DNA of 63,015 nucleotides, counting the filler, from Kipferlia bialata (lineage: Eukaryota), in NCBI GenBank assembly GCA_003568945.1. It is 5 parts of 4 records of this genome, joined end to end, with 100 filler letters (N's around TTAATTAATTAA, not from the genome) between each part and the next. Parts side by side here need not be neighbours in the genome. Positions count along the whole stretch, not along the records: positions 48,913 to 55,862 come from BDIP01000651.1; positions 55,963 to 63,015 come from BDIP01000651.1; 3 more parts are not named here. One strand, given 5' to 3'. Below the pieces are notes generated by a model. The model had not been told where the DNA came from. It saw only the letters and a program-made list of their open reading frames with translations, and did not search any database. The position numbers and the translations under genes were made by a program. Below, one piece after another: positions 50,628 through 63,015 of this stretch (position 1 is its first letter; the number at the start of each line of letters is the position of its first letter).

Positions 50628-50988
50628 TCTGGTCTGTCCACCGAGTCAATCACATAGTCTAGTGCCATAGACACCTGGGGTGTCAGTGTAATATATATAA
50701 CATGTATAGTATATACTACATACTGTATAGAGTATACATATACATAATAATAATACATTACAATGCAATAATAGTCTCTTATAAATATTTATAGGAATAC
50801 CAAGGACATCGTTAAAGACAGTATACACAGTATTAAGTAGAAGTATAATGCAGTATCGAGACCAGGACAGAAACACCCACTTCTCCCGCAGCTCGAATGG
50901 AAAGTTTGGCATGAATGTACATATACTCTCATATATATACATATATATATATGGTGGATTGGGGGGGGGGGGGGGGATAGGGGGGGGG

Positions 50989-51023
<35 letters not shown>

Positions 51024-51505
51024 GGGGTTTTCCTTGGAGCAGCTATCCCCCCCCCCCCCTCTCTCTCTTTCCCTACATACCAATATGTTGTATCACACTT
51101 TCATGTTATACTCTGTCCCGTACGTCTCTGTCCTGACCGCCAGTCCGTGTCCCAGCCCTCGTCCTCCCAGATTCACTACTCTCTCTCAATTCATAAATAT
51201 TCATATCTATATCTATATATATCTATATTCATATGTCTTACTGCCTCACTCCAGTCCGTGTCCCAGCCATCGTCCTCCCAGATTGACACACCTGCTCTCC
51301 CATAGTGTCAGTGGGGTCAGTGCTGTTCCATTCTGTGTGCCATGCAGTCCAGTGTCTATGTTTCTTGTCTTTGTGTGATGTGGGTCAGCGTGTGTTTGGC
51401 CTTGTGAATATAACGTGTAGGATACAGTCAATGGGTATGACAGAGAGTTGGATACAAGCCTTAGCGTATTAGATACACTATGAATACAATAAGTGGTGAT
51501 ACAAT

Positions 51506-54500
51506 TTACTCCACGGTGTAGTCATCGTCGCTGCTCATCTCCTCTCTGAATGCGAGCTGCACCCTGGAGGTAGGGTACTGGTGCTGCAGGGAGGGAGCGG
51601 ACCCCTCTCTAGAGCGGAGTGCACTGCTCTCACTTCCTCTAGCGAGTGATGTGGGTGACGTCATCATGACAGGCCTGGGACCCCTAGACTTGAGCCTCTC
51701 CGTCTCACTGATGGCCTGTCTCCTCAGCTCTCTCTCGCTGTGTGTGACGTGTAGCAGAGTGGGGGGCTGGGGCATGCCGAGCTGCGACCTCCAGGGCACA
51801 GACTCGGTGCGGGAGACGGCATCGCTGACAGCCTCGTAGTCTGAGGCACGGTCATCGCTGCTCTCCCACGCAGAGGAGCCCTCCATGCCACTCTCTCTCC
51901 CGTTGTCCTCCCTGTCACTGCTGGGACGGGAGGTGCGGCCAGAGAGCTTGCTCCTGGGGTTAGTAATATGTAGAAATGCTCAGAATATATAAATATGTGT
52001 GTGTGAAGAGAGTATGTACCTGGGGGCACCATATGCTGGCTTGTAGGTCTCAGAGGCGGCGAGAGAGCTGCGGCGCCTGACGACTCCCTTGGGTGCCTCT
52101 CTAGGGGGCCTCGGCTCTCTAGGGGGCAGGGGTGCCTTGGGTGCAGGCTGGACAGAGTCGAAGAAGAAGGGAGTTCCCTTGTCCTCCTCAACCTTGGGTG
52201 CTGGGGCAGCGTCTCCAAAGCTAAAGACGCCAGTATCGGCGGCCTCTGAAGAAGCTGCAGGGCGGCTAGGGGCACCAGGTGCGGCGTCCCCTCCGAAGCT
52301 GAATGCAGAGGGGCTGGGGGCAGGGGGTGTCTTGGCACTGAAGGGGTCAATAAGAGGGGGTCCATCGGCGAAGGGGTCAGAGGCGAAGGGGTCTCTCCTG
52401 GCCGCAGGTGCGGGGACCTCACTGGAGCTAAAGGGGTCCCTCCTTGTAGCAGAGGCCTCTCTGGCAAAGGGATCAGCGAGAGAGGACTCGTCGTCTGAGG
52501 TGTCCTCCACCTTGTCGAACTTGAAGACATCCGAGGTGGGGCGGGCGGGTCTGACATATCCGTCCTCCCTAGAGGCGATAGGCCTCTCAGGCACCCTATC
52601 TTCCCCCTCCGGCCACCCTGAGACACGCTCCTGGGTGGGGGCAGAAGGCCTAGCGGGCCTAGTCTGCACATCTCTGCTGGGTAGCCTAGGGGTCCGGACC
52701 CTCTCACGCTCCTCCATAGCCTGAGGGTAAGAATCATTAGACAACTGATATATATATAGAGAGAGAGAGAGATGTAAGAGGCACATACACACCTGGAAGG
52801 GGTCGAGTGTGTTGGGGGGCCTGCTGAATCCGAAGGGGTCTGGCTGTGCCTCAGCTGCCTTCTCCTCAGACCTCTTGACAGATGCCGCAGCGGGTCCCTC
52901 TGTGTCCCACCCATCTCTATCCACCCTCAGCTCCTCCTTGAGTCTTCTCCTGGCCTCCTGCTCGGCATACCCCTCCTCGGGGTAGGAGGTGGTGGACATG
53001 CGGGAGGGGCGCATGGGGGCAGGTCTAGAGCTCTGCCTCTGCACGGGGAGAGGTCCGTCCATGTCGCTAGAGGGTGTCATTGAGTCCAGCCTCCTCAGCT
53101 GGGACATGACACTGGTGGCACCGGACTGACGAGACATGCCGCCACGGCTGGGGGGTTAGAGGTACACTCAGACAAAACCCTCGCACTAGCATTTGATATG
53201 AGTCCATTTGGTATATACTTGGTATATACCTAGACATGGAGCTCCTGCCCTGCTGGTTGTACTCCTCCATCAGAGACTGCCTGTGCTTGCTCCTGGTGAA
53301 GGACATCTCCCTGGCCAGAGACTCGGCATGCCTGGAGTGAGTATCATACTATATACTAAGATATGTCCCCAAGAGTACTGTGTAAGAGGTAATCTATAGA
53401 CACGATACGTACTTAGCCTGGACCCTGTCGAACTCAGTGCGCCTGATCCTGTAGACAGTGCCGGCTAGGGAGTGGTCGTAGCCTGGGATAAACACATCCG
53501 ACTGCCACTCCTGGTGGCGCCTCTTGCGCAGAGTCTCCTTCTCACGAAGGGCCTGGGGTTAGACACAGTGCATAATAGGGGTGAAGGGAGAGAGAGAGAG
53601 AGAGAGAGGTGTCTCACCTTAGTGATCTGGGCGCTCTCTCTGTCTGCTCTCTTGTGGCTAGGCACAGGGGGAAGCTCCAGAGGGGTGCTCTCAATGTAGT
53701 ACTGGGCAAGGGTGGTGTCCGCAGATGTGGCGGGGAGGATGGACTCCACCAGAGGGTGCCTCGACAGCATCCTGCTCTGCATGACCATCCGCGAGTTGTC
53801 GTCCTTCGGTCCTGTGACAAGCTCCGAGACATGTACGTTTAGGGACGTGGCCAGCTGGGCGAGGGAGTTGGCAGCGTTGTCAGCCATCCTGAGAGTAAGA
53901 AAGACACATCTGTTTCATTATAATGTGTACATAAAGGAGAGAGATACTAAAAGAGTGTGCGTGCCTATCGTAGTACTCCTCAGCAACGACATCGAGGTCG
54001 GGCGAGGCTGCGTTGGCCCTTGCGTCTCCCTTGTGTCTGTACTTGCCAGCCAGACACCCGTTGGGGAGGGCAATGTAGTACTTGGACCTGACAGTAAGTA
54101 CAACAAGGTATGAAAAGAGAGTGACGCCTATATATATGGGTTTGGGAACATACCTGGCTGAAGTTGCCCTCTGTGCCTTCTTCAGCTGCTCCTTGGCCCA
54201 CTGCTCACGGGTCTGACCAAAGATACCTGGGTTCAAAAGAATATACATTAGATTAATGATTCAAATTAATCATCTTAACATAAGCAGAAGAATCAAAGAG
54301 TCAGAAACAGAGACATGTTAAGATGATGAAAGCGTCTAACCTGTGGTGACCTTGACGTATGGGTCAATGATGGCGCCATTCTCGTCAGTGTCCACGCCCA
54401 GCTGCTTGAGGTACTTGCGGCGCAGAGACTCGTTGAACCACTTCTTGGCGGCGTATCCACGCCAGGCAGCCTAGAAGGTGAGATAAGGAGGCTACACTGC

Positions 54501-55577
54501 ATCAGTCACTAATACAATCCGGTAGTCTCGTTGAATCAATTTACCTGGATGCGAGTGGCATAGTCGAACTTCCTGGCAGACCCGGCCGAGGTAGGTCTCT
54601 CCTTGGAGCCGTGCCTGATCCTAGGGGTGAGTAGGAGACGATAATCTCACTCAATATAGAGATGAAAGTGATTATGGGAGTTTTATGGTACCTGGGCTGT
54701 GCCGACGAGACCTGCTTGTCCCTGTCTGGCATGACCTGGGCAAGGGAAACAGGGTTGGTGGACTCCACGCTGGAGGGTAAGAGACAATATTGTCAAAAGT
54801 ATATGTTCAAGTATATATATGTATGTGATGGAGTCAACGTACCGGGCGTCCACGAGCATCTGCTTGTCTGCGTCTGTGAGGAGTGCCTGGATGATACGGC
54901 TGGTGATGGCATGGGACATGAAGGGGGGGGAGGGGTTGACCAGGTTGACAATGCCCTCGGCGTCAATGGGACCACCTGAAGGGTGAGGATTAGGTCTCTT
55001 CACACTGCAATACTCATAGGTGATTATAAATGTATATGACGCACCGAGGAACTCCTGCCCAGCCTTGGCGGCTGCGATGAGGCACCGCACACGGTAGCCT
55101 CTCCAGACACGCTGGATCCTAGGGGTGAGGCCACGGAACAAGCAACAATAGTCTCTGGTATATATATACAATGGGAGTACCTGAGCACAGCCTCGTCTCT
55201 CTCGCCAGTGCTGAAGACAGCGTTGTGGATACAGTCTGAAAGGATGGAACGGGAGATGTTCTTGGTCTGTACCAGGGAGCGGTATCCGAGGAAGGCGTAG
55301 GTACCGCGCCACACCCTCTGGATGTACTGGGCAGCATCCCTCATACGCTGGACCCTCTTCTTGGCAAGGTAGGTCTGGAGTGAGTGGAGTATGCACAAAT
55401 ACATGTAGTACTATAATTCTAGCAATATATAGACGAGGAAGTATGGTACTATCTCACCCTAGCGTAGCTCTGGATGGTAATGGCGGCAGAGGTACGACGC
55501 TTGGCGGTGGCGGAGGCCTGCAGGCGCTTGAAGGTGTCCTGTGTATAAGAAATGGGAATAGAGGCGAGAGATATGGC

Positions 55578-55608
<31 letters not shown>

Positions 55609-55780
55609 ACCTGGGCCAGCTTGCACTGCCTGACGAAGCTCTGCATGTATGCCCTGTCCACCCTGCCCTTGTACCGGCTGAACACAAAGGCACAGGCCCA
55701 CCTAGAGGTTAGTGGTATGTATATAGAGAGAGAAATATAGAGAGAAAGAGAGAGAACACAAAGGCACAGGCCCACCTGGG
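51506..55780 (-). CDS. IQ-motif (calmodulin-binding) protein with long Pro/Ser-rich disordered C-terminus; multi-exon, 5'-truncated
   Basis: IQSYAR, IQRVWRGTYA, IQRVWRGYRVR, AAWRGYAAKK; last exon stops at 51506. Confidence 0.7.
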
Positions 55781-55787
55781 GGTAAGG

Positions 55788-55818
<31 letters not shown>

Positions 55819-55862
55819 GGGGGGGGGGGGGGGGGGGGGGGGCACAGAGACCCGGGCCCCCC

Positions 55863-55962
55863 NNNNNNNNNNNNNNNNNNNNNNNNNNNNNNNNNNNNNN
55901 NNNNNNTTAATTAATTAANNNNNNNNNNNNNNNNNNNNNNNNNNNNNNNNNNNNNNNNNNNN
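55863..55962. other. Artificial contig spacer
   Basis: N-TTAATTAATTAA-N. Confidence 0.97.
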
Positions 55963-55979
55963 CCGCTTCTACTCAAGGT

Positions 55980-56010
<31 letters not shown>

Positions 56011-56061
56011 TTCCCTCTTTCTCCGGTATAGACTTGCACCCCCGTCCCATCTAACATGTAG

Positions 56062-57167
56062 GATGTGAGTAAGCTGCCGGATGATGTGACCCCAGAGAGG
56101 GCTCAGGAGCTGGCGAGCCTCCTCTACGCATTCATCCACCAGCGCTGGGTGCTGAGCCCAGGTGTCCTATACCATATCCTGTGTCCTATATCCTATATCC
56201 TATATCCTATATCCTATATCAATCAAGGTGGGTGCTGAGCCCAGGTGTGCGTCCGGTCTCTGTGTCCTCTATCATGTCATATCATGTCATATCATATCAT
56301 GTCATGTCATGTGAAGAAGATGTTGGAGAGGGGGTGACCTCTAGGATGGTCCTATTGGCTATTTGGTATTGGACACTGACTCTGTCTGACGTCAGGTGGA
56401 CTTCGCAAGGCCAAGACGATGTACAAGACAGGTCTCTTTGGCCACTGTCCCAGGGTGCTGTGTGACAGGTATAGATGGGTGTGGATGTATATACTTATAT
56501 CAGGAATGGGTGTCAGCGTCACCCTCTTACCACCAGACACCCTGTGCTTCCCGTCGGCCTGGACAGCTCTCCCTGTAGAGAGTGTGTGCGTATGTACTGT
56601 CCCCTGTGTAAGGTATCACCCCTGTGCCACGGGTATTGTATATGAATATATTGTATTACTATTGTATTGTATATGTCTCATCGTCATCCCTCTCTCCCTC
56701 CCTCCGGTCTGAGTCGCAGGAGGTGTTTCTGCCTTCCAAGAGTTCTCTCAATGGCGTCGATGGGTGCTTCTATGGGACCTCCTTCCCGCAGATGTTCCTG
56801 ATGACCTTCCCCTCCCTGGTCCCCAAGGCAGATGTCAGGCACTACCAGGTGCGGCATGCAGTCTTGGTGCTGGTGTCTCGTGGGTGTATGTGTATTATTA
56901 CTCCCTCCTATCCCCTCCCTCCCCCCCCCTCTCACACACCCAGGCCACTGTGTATGGGTTCAACATATACGACCCAGAAGAGAGGGCAGAGGAGCTGTCC
57001 CGCAACCCAAACTACGCAATGTTTGTGCAAAGGTAATCACTGTATTCTCCTCTCCATCCCTTTTCAGCTGTATCAGTATCAGTCTCTGCCTTACCCCCAG
57101 TACAGAGGGACTGGTGGACCCCAGCAACGCCCCGCCCCACCGGAGGCTGATGGACACTCTGTACTGA
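56062..57167 (+). CDS. CSNK2B: Casein kinase II regulatory (beta) subunit, multi-exon, 5'-truncated
   Basis: LLYAFIHQRWVL, GLFGHCPRVLC, VDGCFYGTSFPQMFLMTFP, VYGFNI. Confidence 0.88.
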
Positions 57168-57597
57168 TCGGGTGCAGGTGCTGAGGGAGACAGGGTAGAG
57201 CAGAGAGGGCGTGTATATTAGTACGTGTATTTGTATATGTTTACACGCCCTTTTTACGAGAGCCCAGGAAGTACTGCTGGGAAGACAGGTTGTATTGTGT
57301 GTCGGTGATATTTATAGTGTTTTGGATTGTGTTTGGCTTGATTGCGACTAGTGGTTGTTAAACCTTTGTGTGTCAGAATAGATGTCCGTGCGATATGGCC
57401 TGATGATAGCCTAGTATGAGAGTTCTCTTCCATATCACCCAAGTACTAATACTATATCTTCACTGTTCCAAACCCTTTCAACCACAACTATTCTAGTGCC
57501 ATGTACCAAGAGCATACCACAAACCAAACATTCCTACTCATCTATTTCAAGATCTGCTTGATACATTGCATCACCCAGACATCAAACTAGACACAGC

Positions 57598-58217
57598 TTA
57601 CTCGAGCTGTCCACAGTCGGCGATCTCGACCTTGCACTTGGTGCGGCCGGACTCGGTTCCCTGCTTCTCGATGAGCTTCACAAGGTCCTTGCCCTTGAGA
57701 ACCTGAAGTTAACGATAGACCAAAGTGGTTCAAAGCCGAAAACATATTGACAATATTGTTGTCTATAGATATAGAAACCAAGTAATACCTGTCCGAACAC
57801 CACGTGGCGTCCGTCGAGCCAGGGGGTCTGCACGGTGGTGATGAAGAACTGGGAGCCGTTGGAGTTGGGGCCAGCGTTGGCCATGGAGAGCACGCAGTCG
57901 GTGGTGTGGTGGAGGCGGAAGTTCTCGTCAGCGAACTTGTTGCCGTAGATGGACTCTCCACCAGTGCCGTTGCCGCGGGTGAAGTCTCCTCCCTGGAGCA
58001 TGAAGCCGGGGATAACCCTGTGGAAGGCGGATCCCTTGAAGTGGAGGTCCTTGCCGGAACGGCCACGGCCCTTCTCTCCAGTGCAAAGGCAACGGAAGTT
58101 CTCGGCGGTCTTGGGAACCACGTCAGCGTAGAGCTCCATCACGATACGGCCAACATCCTTGTTAGCGATCTTGATGTCGAAGAAGACGGTGGGGTTGGAG
58201 GCAGAACGGCGAGACAT
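57598..58217 (-). CDS. PPIA: Cyclophilin-type peptidyl-prolyl isomerase (exons 58217-57789 and 57702-57598)
   Basis: NPTVFFDI...[17 protein letters not shown]...[16 protein letters not shown]...[18 protein letters not shown]...[12 protein letters not shown]...EIADCGQLE*. Confidence 0.96.
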
Positions 58218-58553
58218 TTCTGGGGGTAAACAACAAAATATAAATACCAACACACAAAACTCCCAAAGAGTCCCCCAACGTCCGAGAACAACAAGAGAAG
58301 CCCAAAAATGGACCCCTGACCGCAATACTTAATACATAACACACCTGTGGGATTCAAAAGAAGCTATGACGAGTACAGCTCTGAAGTGATTCCTTCGGAT
58401 TTTAGGAGTATTGTCGGAGAATTGATTATTGATTACTTTTTGATTCCAGATCCTTAAGCTTTAGCTTTAGCATAATTTCGAAAGCCAATCAATTTTAAGC
58501 TAAGGTGCTGATTGCATTTTGATGCCTTCTGCTCTGTGCCTTTGAAATCAAAG

Positions 58554-60555
58554 ATGCCTCATGCCATTGAGCGGTTGGTGGCAGACCCTCCCTTACCCAC
58601 TCTGATGACATTCCCCACACTTAGTAGTGGTGTGTCAGCCCAATCCCTCCAGCAGGTCCTGCTCCATGGGCTAGAGAAGTGCTCTCTCGATAGCCTTGTC
58701 CAACGCACCCCTCCGGCTGAGGGCTCTCACCTTGACCCTTCCTGTAAGATTGATCTGGAGGGAGGTCTCTTTGACATTGCTCACGACGCATCAATGCCAA
58801 TAAGTACCAATCTCCTGGTGGCACTATCGGGAGCAGCAAGGCTAGCAGCTATCACTTCCAGCACCCTCTCCCCCAACCCTGCGGATGTAGACATACCACA
58901 GACCTCATCTCCGATACCAGGCTTCCCAGGCATGCAGGCTATTGCCCAGCGTAACCCATACCATGCTCTTCGCAAAGACAGGGAGGTGTGTACTCATTTC
59001 TCGTGAAGGATTTAGAGAGTGGTATACCTATCGCTCTTCCAGAGTGTCTTTGTCCCCTCCCCATGACATGTGCTTTGCGTTGTCTATCTCTCATGTCCAG
59101 GCTATGATCAAGCGAGGACTCATAGTGCCCTTTCCTGCCGTCACTCCATCTTTGGACGCTGCCACTCGTGTTTGTGGCCCAAAGTGTCCCTTCTGCAACT
59201 TGCGTCAGGTTCAGCGCTTCCAGTATAGATATGATAATAACCCACCGCCCCCCACCCCGTCTTCTCTCACCCCAGTCGAACCCCAACAGCGTCAGTGTCC
59301 ATGTCTGTGTGCCTGGGGCCTCTCCCAACCTCATGGCCAAGCAGCCACAGCCAGAGGTAGGGGCAGCCCCCGGTACTGTGTTCCTGAGTATGCCTTCTCA
59401 CCCTCCAGACCCCTGCCCCTGCCCCTGCCCCTGGCTCCCCAGGGCATGAGTCCGACTCCTCTGAGGGGTCCACTCCCACACACGCAGACGGGTGCTTCCC
59501 CCTCTTCCCAGCCCCCCAGGTCCCATCTGAGGCCCTGAGGGCCCCTGCCCACCTCCGTTCCCCCCACTCCTTCACGTTTGACTGCAACATCGCCCCTCTG
59601 GCACCTGTCCACATGGTCATATTCAGAGAGCCCAGGCAGCAGGTGTGGGGGTGTGGTTCAATTAGTGTACATTTCCCCAGCCTATAGGTCTGCTCTCACC
59701 CCTAGGATGTGGATAAGGACACCTGCAATGACCTCGTGTGCATATCCAGGGCGTTGGGGTCCTCCTGTATCGTGATCCACAATGGAAAGAAGCACGAGAA
59801 CGGAGATACATGTGGTAGCAGGTATGGCCATCTTTCTCTTGCCCCCCCCGTATCCCCCACCCCAGCCTGATCCACCACCACTACCAGTCCATGCAGTTGG
59901 ACATGCCTGTGGAGGCAGCGCCCCCTGTACCTGGGCACTCCACTGTGGTGAGTGTGTAACTGTATTTAGATGTACTGGTATTGGTCGCAGATGCGCCTCA
60001 CTCTAGGTTGCCGGCTGTGATGTGACGCGTTTGCACTGGCCCTTCCCCGTCTGCCGCATATCGTCTCGGACCGCCCCGTCAGAGAGTGGCGGTGCCCCCC
60101 CCGACGTGAGTGCCGCGCTGTGGGGTGTGGTGTCTGGCTGGCAGGGCATGCACCCGATGCACAGCGTCAACCTGCTCTGCCGCACAGAGGCAGAGACCAC
60201 CACTGTGTATGTGGCTCTGAGGAGGTGTGGTCTGGTTGGGCTGCCGGACAAGACGACCCCTGCCTCGCTGGAGGTGGGGGGCGTCTTGATCCTGTCCCCC
60301 GAGGCATATGACCATCACGCCCTGGAGGAGGAGGGAGAGAGAGACAGGGAGGGCCAGACCGGCATGGGACAGTTCGTGGTGGACGCCCTAGCTGCGGTGG
60401 ATCCCTTCAAGCATGAGGGTGAGGGCCTGGCCGAGTGCCCCGACGTCCTGCGCAGTGTCCTGTGTCACATCGACATGGACGCCCATACGGTGACACCCAC
60501 CACCAACATAGCCGGGCTGGACTCTCTCTCTGTCTCTCCCTCTGGCCAGTTCTAA
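58554..60555 (+). CDS. Hypothetical Cys/His-containing protein, multi-exon
   Basis: Successive + strand ORF segments with splice signals (58554-~58985, ~59043-59224, ~59275-59642, ~60007-60555); no family recognised. Confidence 0.5.
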
Positions 60556-60787
60556 GTGGCTGACTGAGGACATACCCCTCGGTTGGGTATCTCTGTGTAT
60601 AGTTTCTACCTTTCTACTTTCATACTATAGTGTGACCATTATATCAAAGATCATGCTGACAATTCCTAACAGATGGCGCGTATCGTGCCATCGCGTGCGT
60701 TAATAGACATGTTTCTCCAAGAAGTATGTGGTAACACGAAACGATAACCTCTATTCTCAATCAAGTCCTTCAGGTCACCACTCACTC

Positions 60788-62966
60788 CTAGTGGAATCCG
60801 TTCCAAGACATGTACTCCCAGTCCATGTCCTGACGTAAGAGAGACGGGATTCACATGGGATACATACATATAGCATATGACAGCGTACTAGGCCTAGTGC
60901 CCACACTCACCCAGCAGTCTGGCTGGCCAACGTGCTCCTCGGTCCAGGCATTGCCATTGACATCGCCGTCACTCCAGCAGAACACAGTCTCGTCATCGTG
61001 AGAGGGACCTGAGGTGGGAGAAGAGTAAAGCATGCCCCGTGCAATACCACACCCATACACACACACACATATATATATATATGCCCCCACCTGACTGTGC
61101 CCATGCCTCCTGGTGACTGGCCATCCTGCCTGAGGTGGCCTTGGAGTCAATGCCTCCGTAGGAAGACGGGTTCTGGGTCCTATGGGTCAGTTGCATGCAT
61201 ATACACATGATGGTGCATATACAGACGATGATGCATACATAGAGGGGGTAGGGCATGTGCACCTGAGGTCGTATCTGGCCGATATCTGGTTGGCTGGGTT
61301 GTCCAGGGAGAGGGGGTCGTTCTGCCAGTCGTTGTAGCTGGAGTGTCAGCAAGTAAACATGCAAATAGGCGTGAGGATGATGAGCACATAGTGTGGAGAC
61401 AGCCCCCCTACCGCAGGAAGTCCTTGATGTCCTCGAGGGAGGTCACGTGCAGGGCATCGCGCTGGAAGATTGTGGCGCGGGGGCACTCGTCTGGAGTCAG
61501 GGGGGGGGGGGTACACAACTGATACGGATACTGATAGTAATACACAACTGACACTCACCGTAGCAGTAGTCAGAGCCGTGGAGCTCGCACATCTCTGTGT
61601 ATCCGGTCACATCCTGGAGATATTAATAGATGGACATACATATGATACAGACACCCGGAGACAGGCAGAAGACTGACAGGAAGAGAGGTGGGACTCCCGA
61701 ACCTGCATGTACTTGAAGTAGGGGATGTTGTAGGATGGCCAGTATCCCTTGTCACGCACTGTGGCGGACATGTCCTCCCAGTGGTTGAAGCCTAGGGGTG
61801 GTAGGAGGGGGGGGGGGGACATAAATAATGGACAGGGCAGGTATACAGGTAGACCGTACTCAGTACTCCTCCCATCTACCCCTGCATACCTGGTGTCTCC
61901 TCGTAGACCCAGAAGGATGAGTCGACCATCCCCTGCATGGGGGACAGGGCCATCCACTGACGGGTCAGAGTCTAGAGGGAGGGGGGTATACATATCACAC
62001 ATATCCGACAGTACCTGGTTGGAGTATGTGCCGCTGAAGTGCTTAGCAAAGGTCTCCACCCACTGCTGGGCGGAACCAGCCATACGGCTATGGTGAGAGG
62101 CATGTGATAGGAGGGAGATACCAATACATATACCAATACATATACCAATACATATACCAATACATATACCAAAATATATACCAAAATATATACCAATATA
62201 TATATCAATATAAATACCAATACATATACCAATATATATACCAATATATATACCAATGTATATACCAAGCCAAGAGCAGAGAGGCAGAGATGTGAGCCCA
62301 CCTAGCGATTGCGCATCTCTGCCAGGTGAGCAGAGACTTGGGTGTGACGTTGTCGTAGAGAGACTGGTCGTGCACACTGTTGGTCGTCTCCATGATGACG
62401 AGGCCCATGCTGGTGACCCAGAAGTCGTCCTTGCCTAGGGGTCAGAGGGAGGGGTCATGACGGACCAGGGGGGAGAGATATGTACAGATATGGATTCACA
62501 CAATGCACGTACTGAACATGTATCCGAACTTGGAGGAGAATGAGTACTCGACGGCCTTGGACACCGAGTAGTTGAACCTGGGGTGAGGGGGCATGCCCCA
62601 GTATCCATCAGACCTGACAGTCACCCGTACCTGTAGTGCTTGTAGATCCTGTCCATCTCGCCGTAGTGGGTCCTGAGAGTAAGATGCTAGTGTATTGGTC
62701 TACTTGGTCTCAGTATCAGTTGAGCCGCTAGGTGGATAGACCAAGCGTCCGTACCAGGTTGTGTGTCCGGCCACCACGTCGCCGGGGATAGGCTGGTGAA
62801 TCAGTATCAGTGTCAGAAAGAGGAGACAGATACCTTGAGACACATATGGGGATGAACTATACATGCAGTCATTGCAGGCATGCCCACCTTGACCATGGCG
62901 GTGCAGTGTGTCTCGAAGTGCTGCTTGTGGTAGGCACCCTCGGGGTCGGTGAAGGAGTCAATGCGC
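60788..62966 (-). CDS. Phospholipase B-like (PLBD family) paralogue, multi-exon, 5'-truncated
   Basis: HCTAMVK...DVVAGHTTW, SKDDFW, IMETTNSV, HFSGTYSNQ, GYWPSYNIPYF, YNDWQNDPLS...ISARYDLR, GGIDSK, HVGQPDCW; stop at 60788. Confidence 0.9.
62118..62268. repeat. 12-bp intronic minisatellite (ATACCAATAYAT)n
   Basis: About 12 tandem units inside a PLBD intron. Confidence 0.9.
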
Positions 62967-63015
62967 TGGGGGTGAGGGGGGGGGGGGGGGGAAAGGGGGG
63001 GGGGGAAACTGTCCA

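Noticed and set aside
61607..62408. ORFs with GIYI/YQYI repeats
   Set aside because: Translations of the 12-bp intronic minisatellite

Overview
Eukaryotic draft genome sequence. Five unrelated contigs (1-16216, 16317-32528, 32629-48812, 48913-55862, 55963-63015) are joined by artificial N-TTAATTAATTAA-N spacers. Host DNA is microsatellite-rich, with very short exons and introns whose branch point sits directly against the 3' splice site (YTVAC-N3/4-YAG). This points to an intron-rich metamonad/fornicate such as Kipferlia (inference). Recognisable host genes: a DUF4470 protein, a BPI/LBP protein, a degenerate cyclic-nucleotide phosphodiesterase, a SIR2 + zinc finger + SPRY-like protein, two phospholipase B-like genes, a kelch-like protein, an IQ-motif protein, CK2 beta and cyclophilin. 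The main discovery is an intronless, gene-dense ~9.9 kb block (~22647-32528) that reads as an endogenous Polinton-like virus. It encodes a double jelly-roll major capsid, a penton, an A32-like packaging ATPase, two tandem tyrosine recombinases plus a paralogue lacking the catalytic domain, a 7-TM protein and orphans. Its ten main genes share an ATTTTT-N8/9-AAA upstream motif. The element appears to interrupt the host BPI/LBP gene and is cut off by the contig end. All family assignments come from motif recognition by eye, not database searches.
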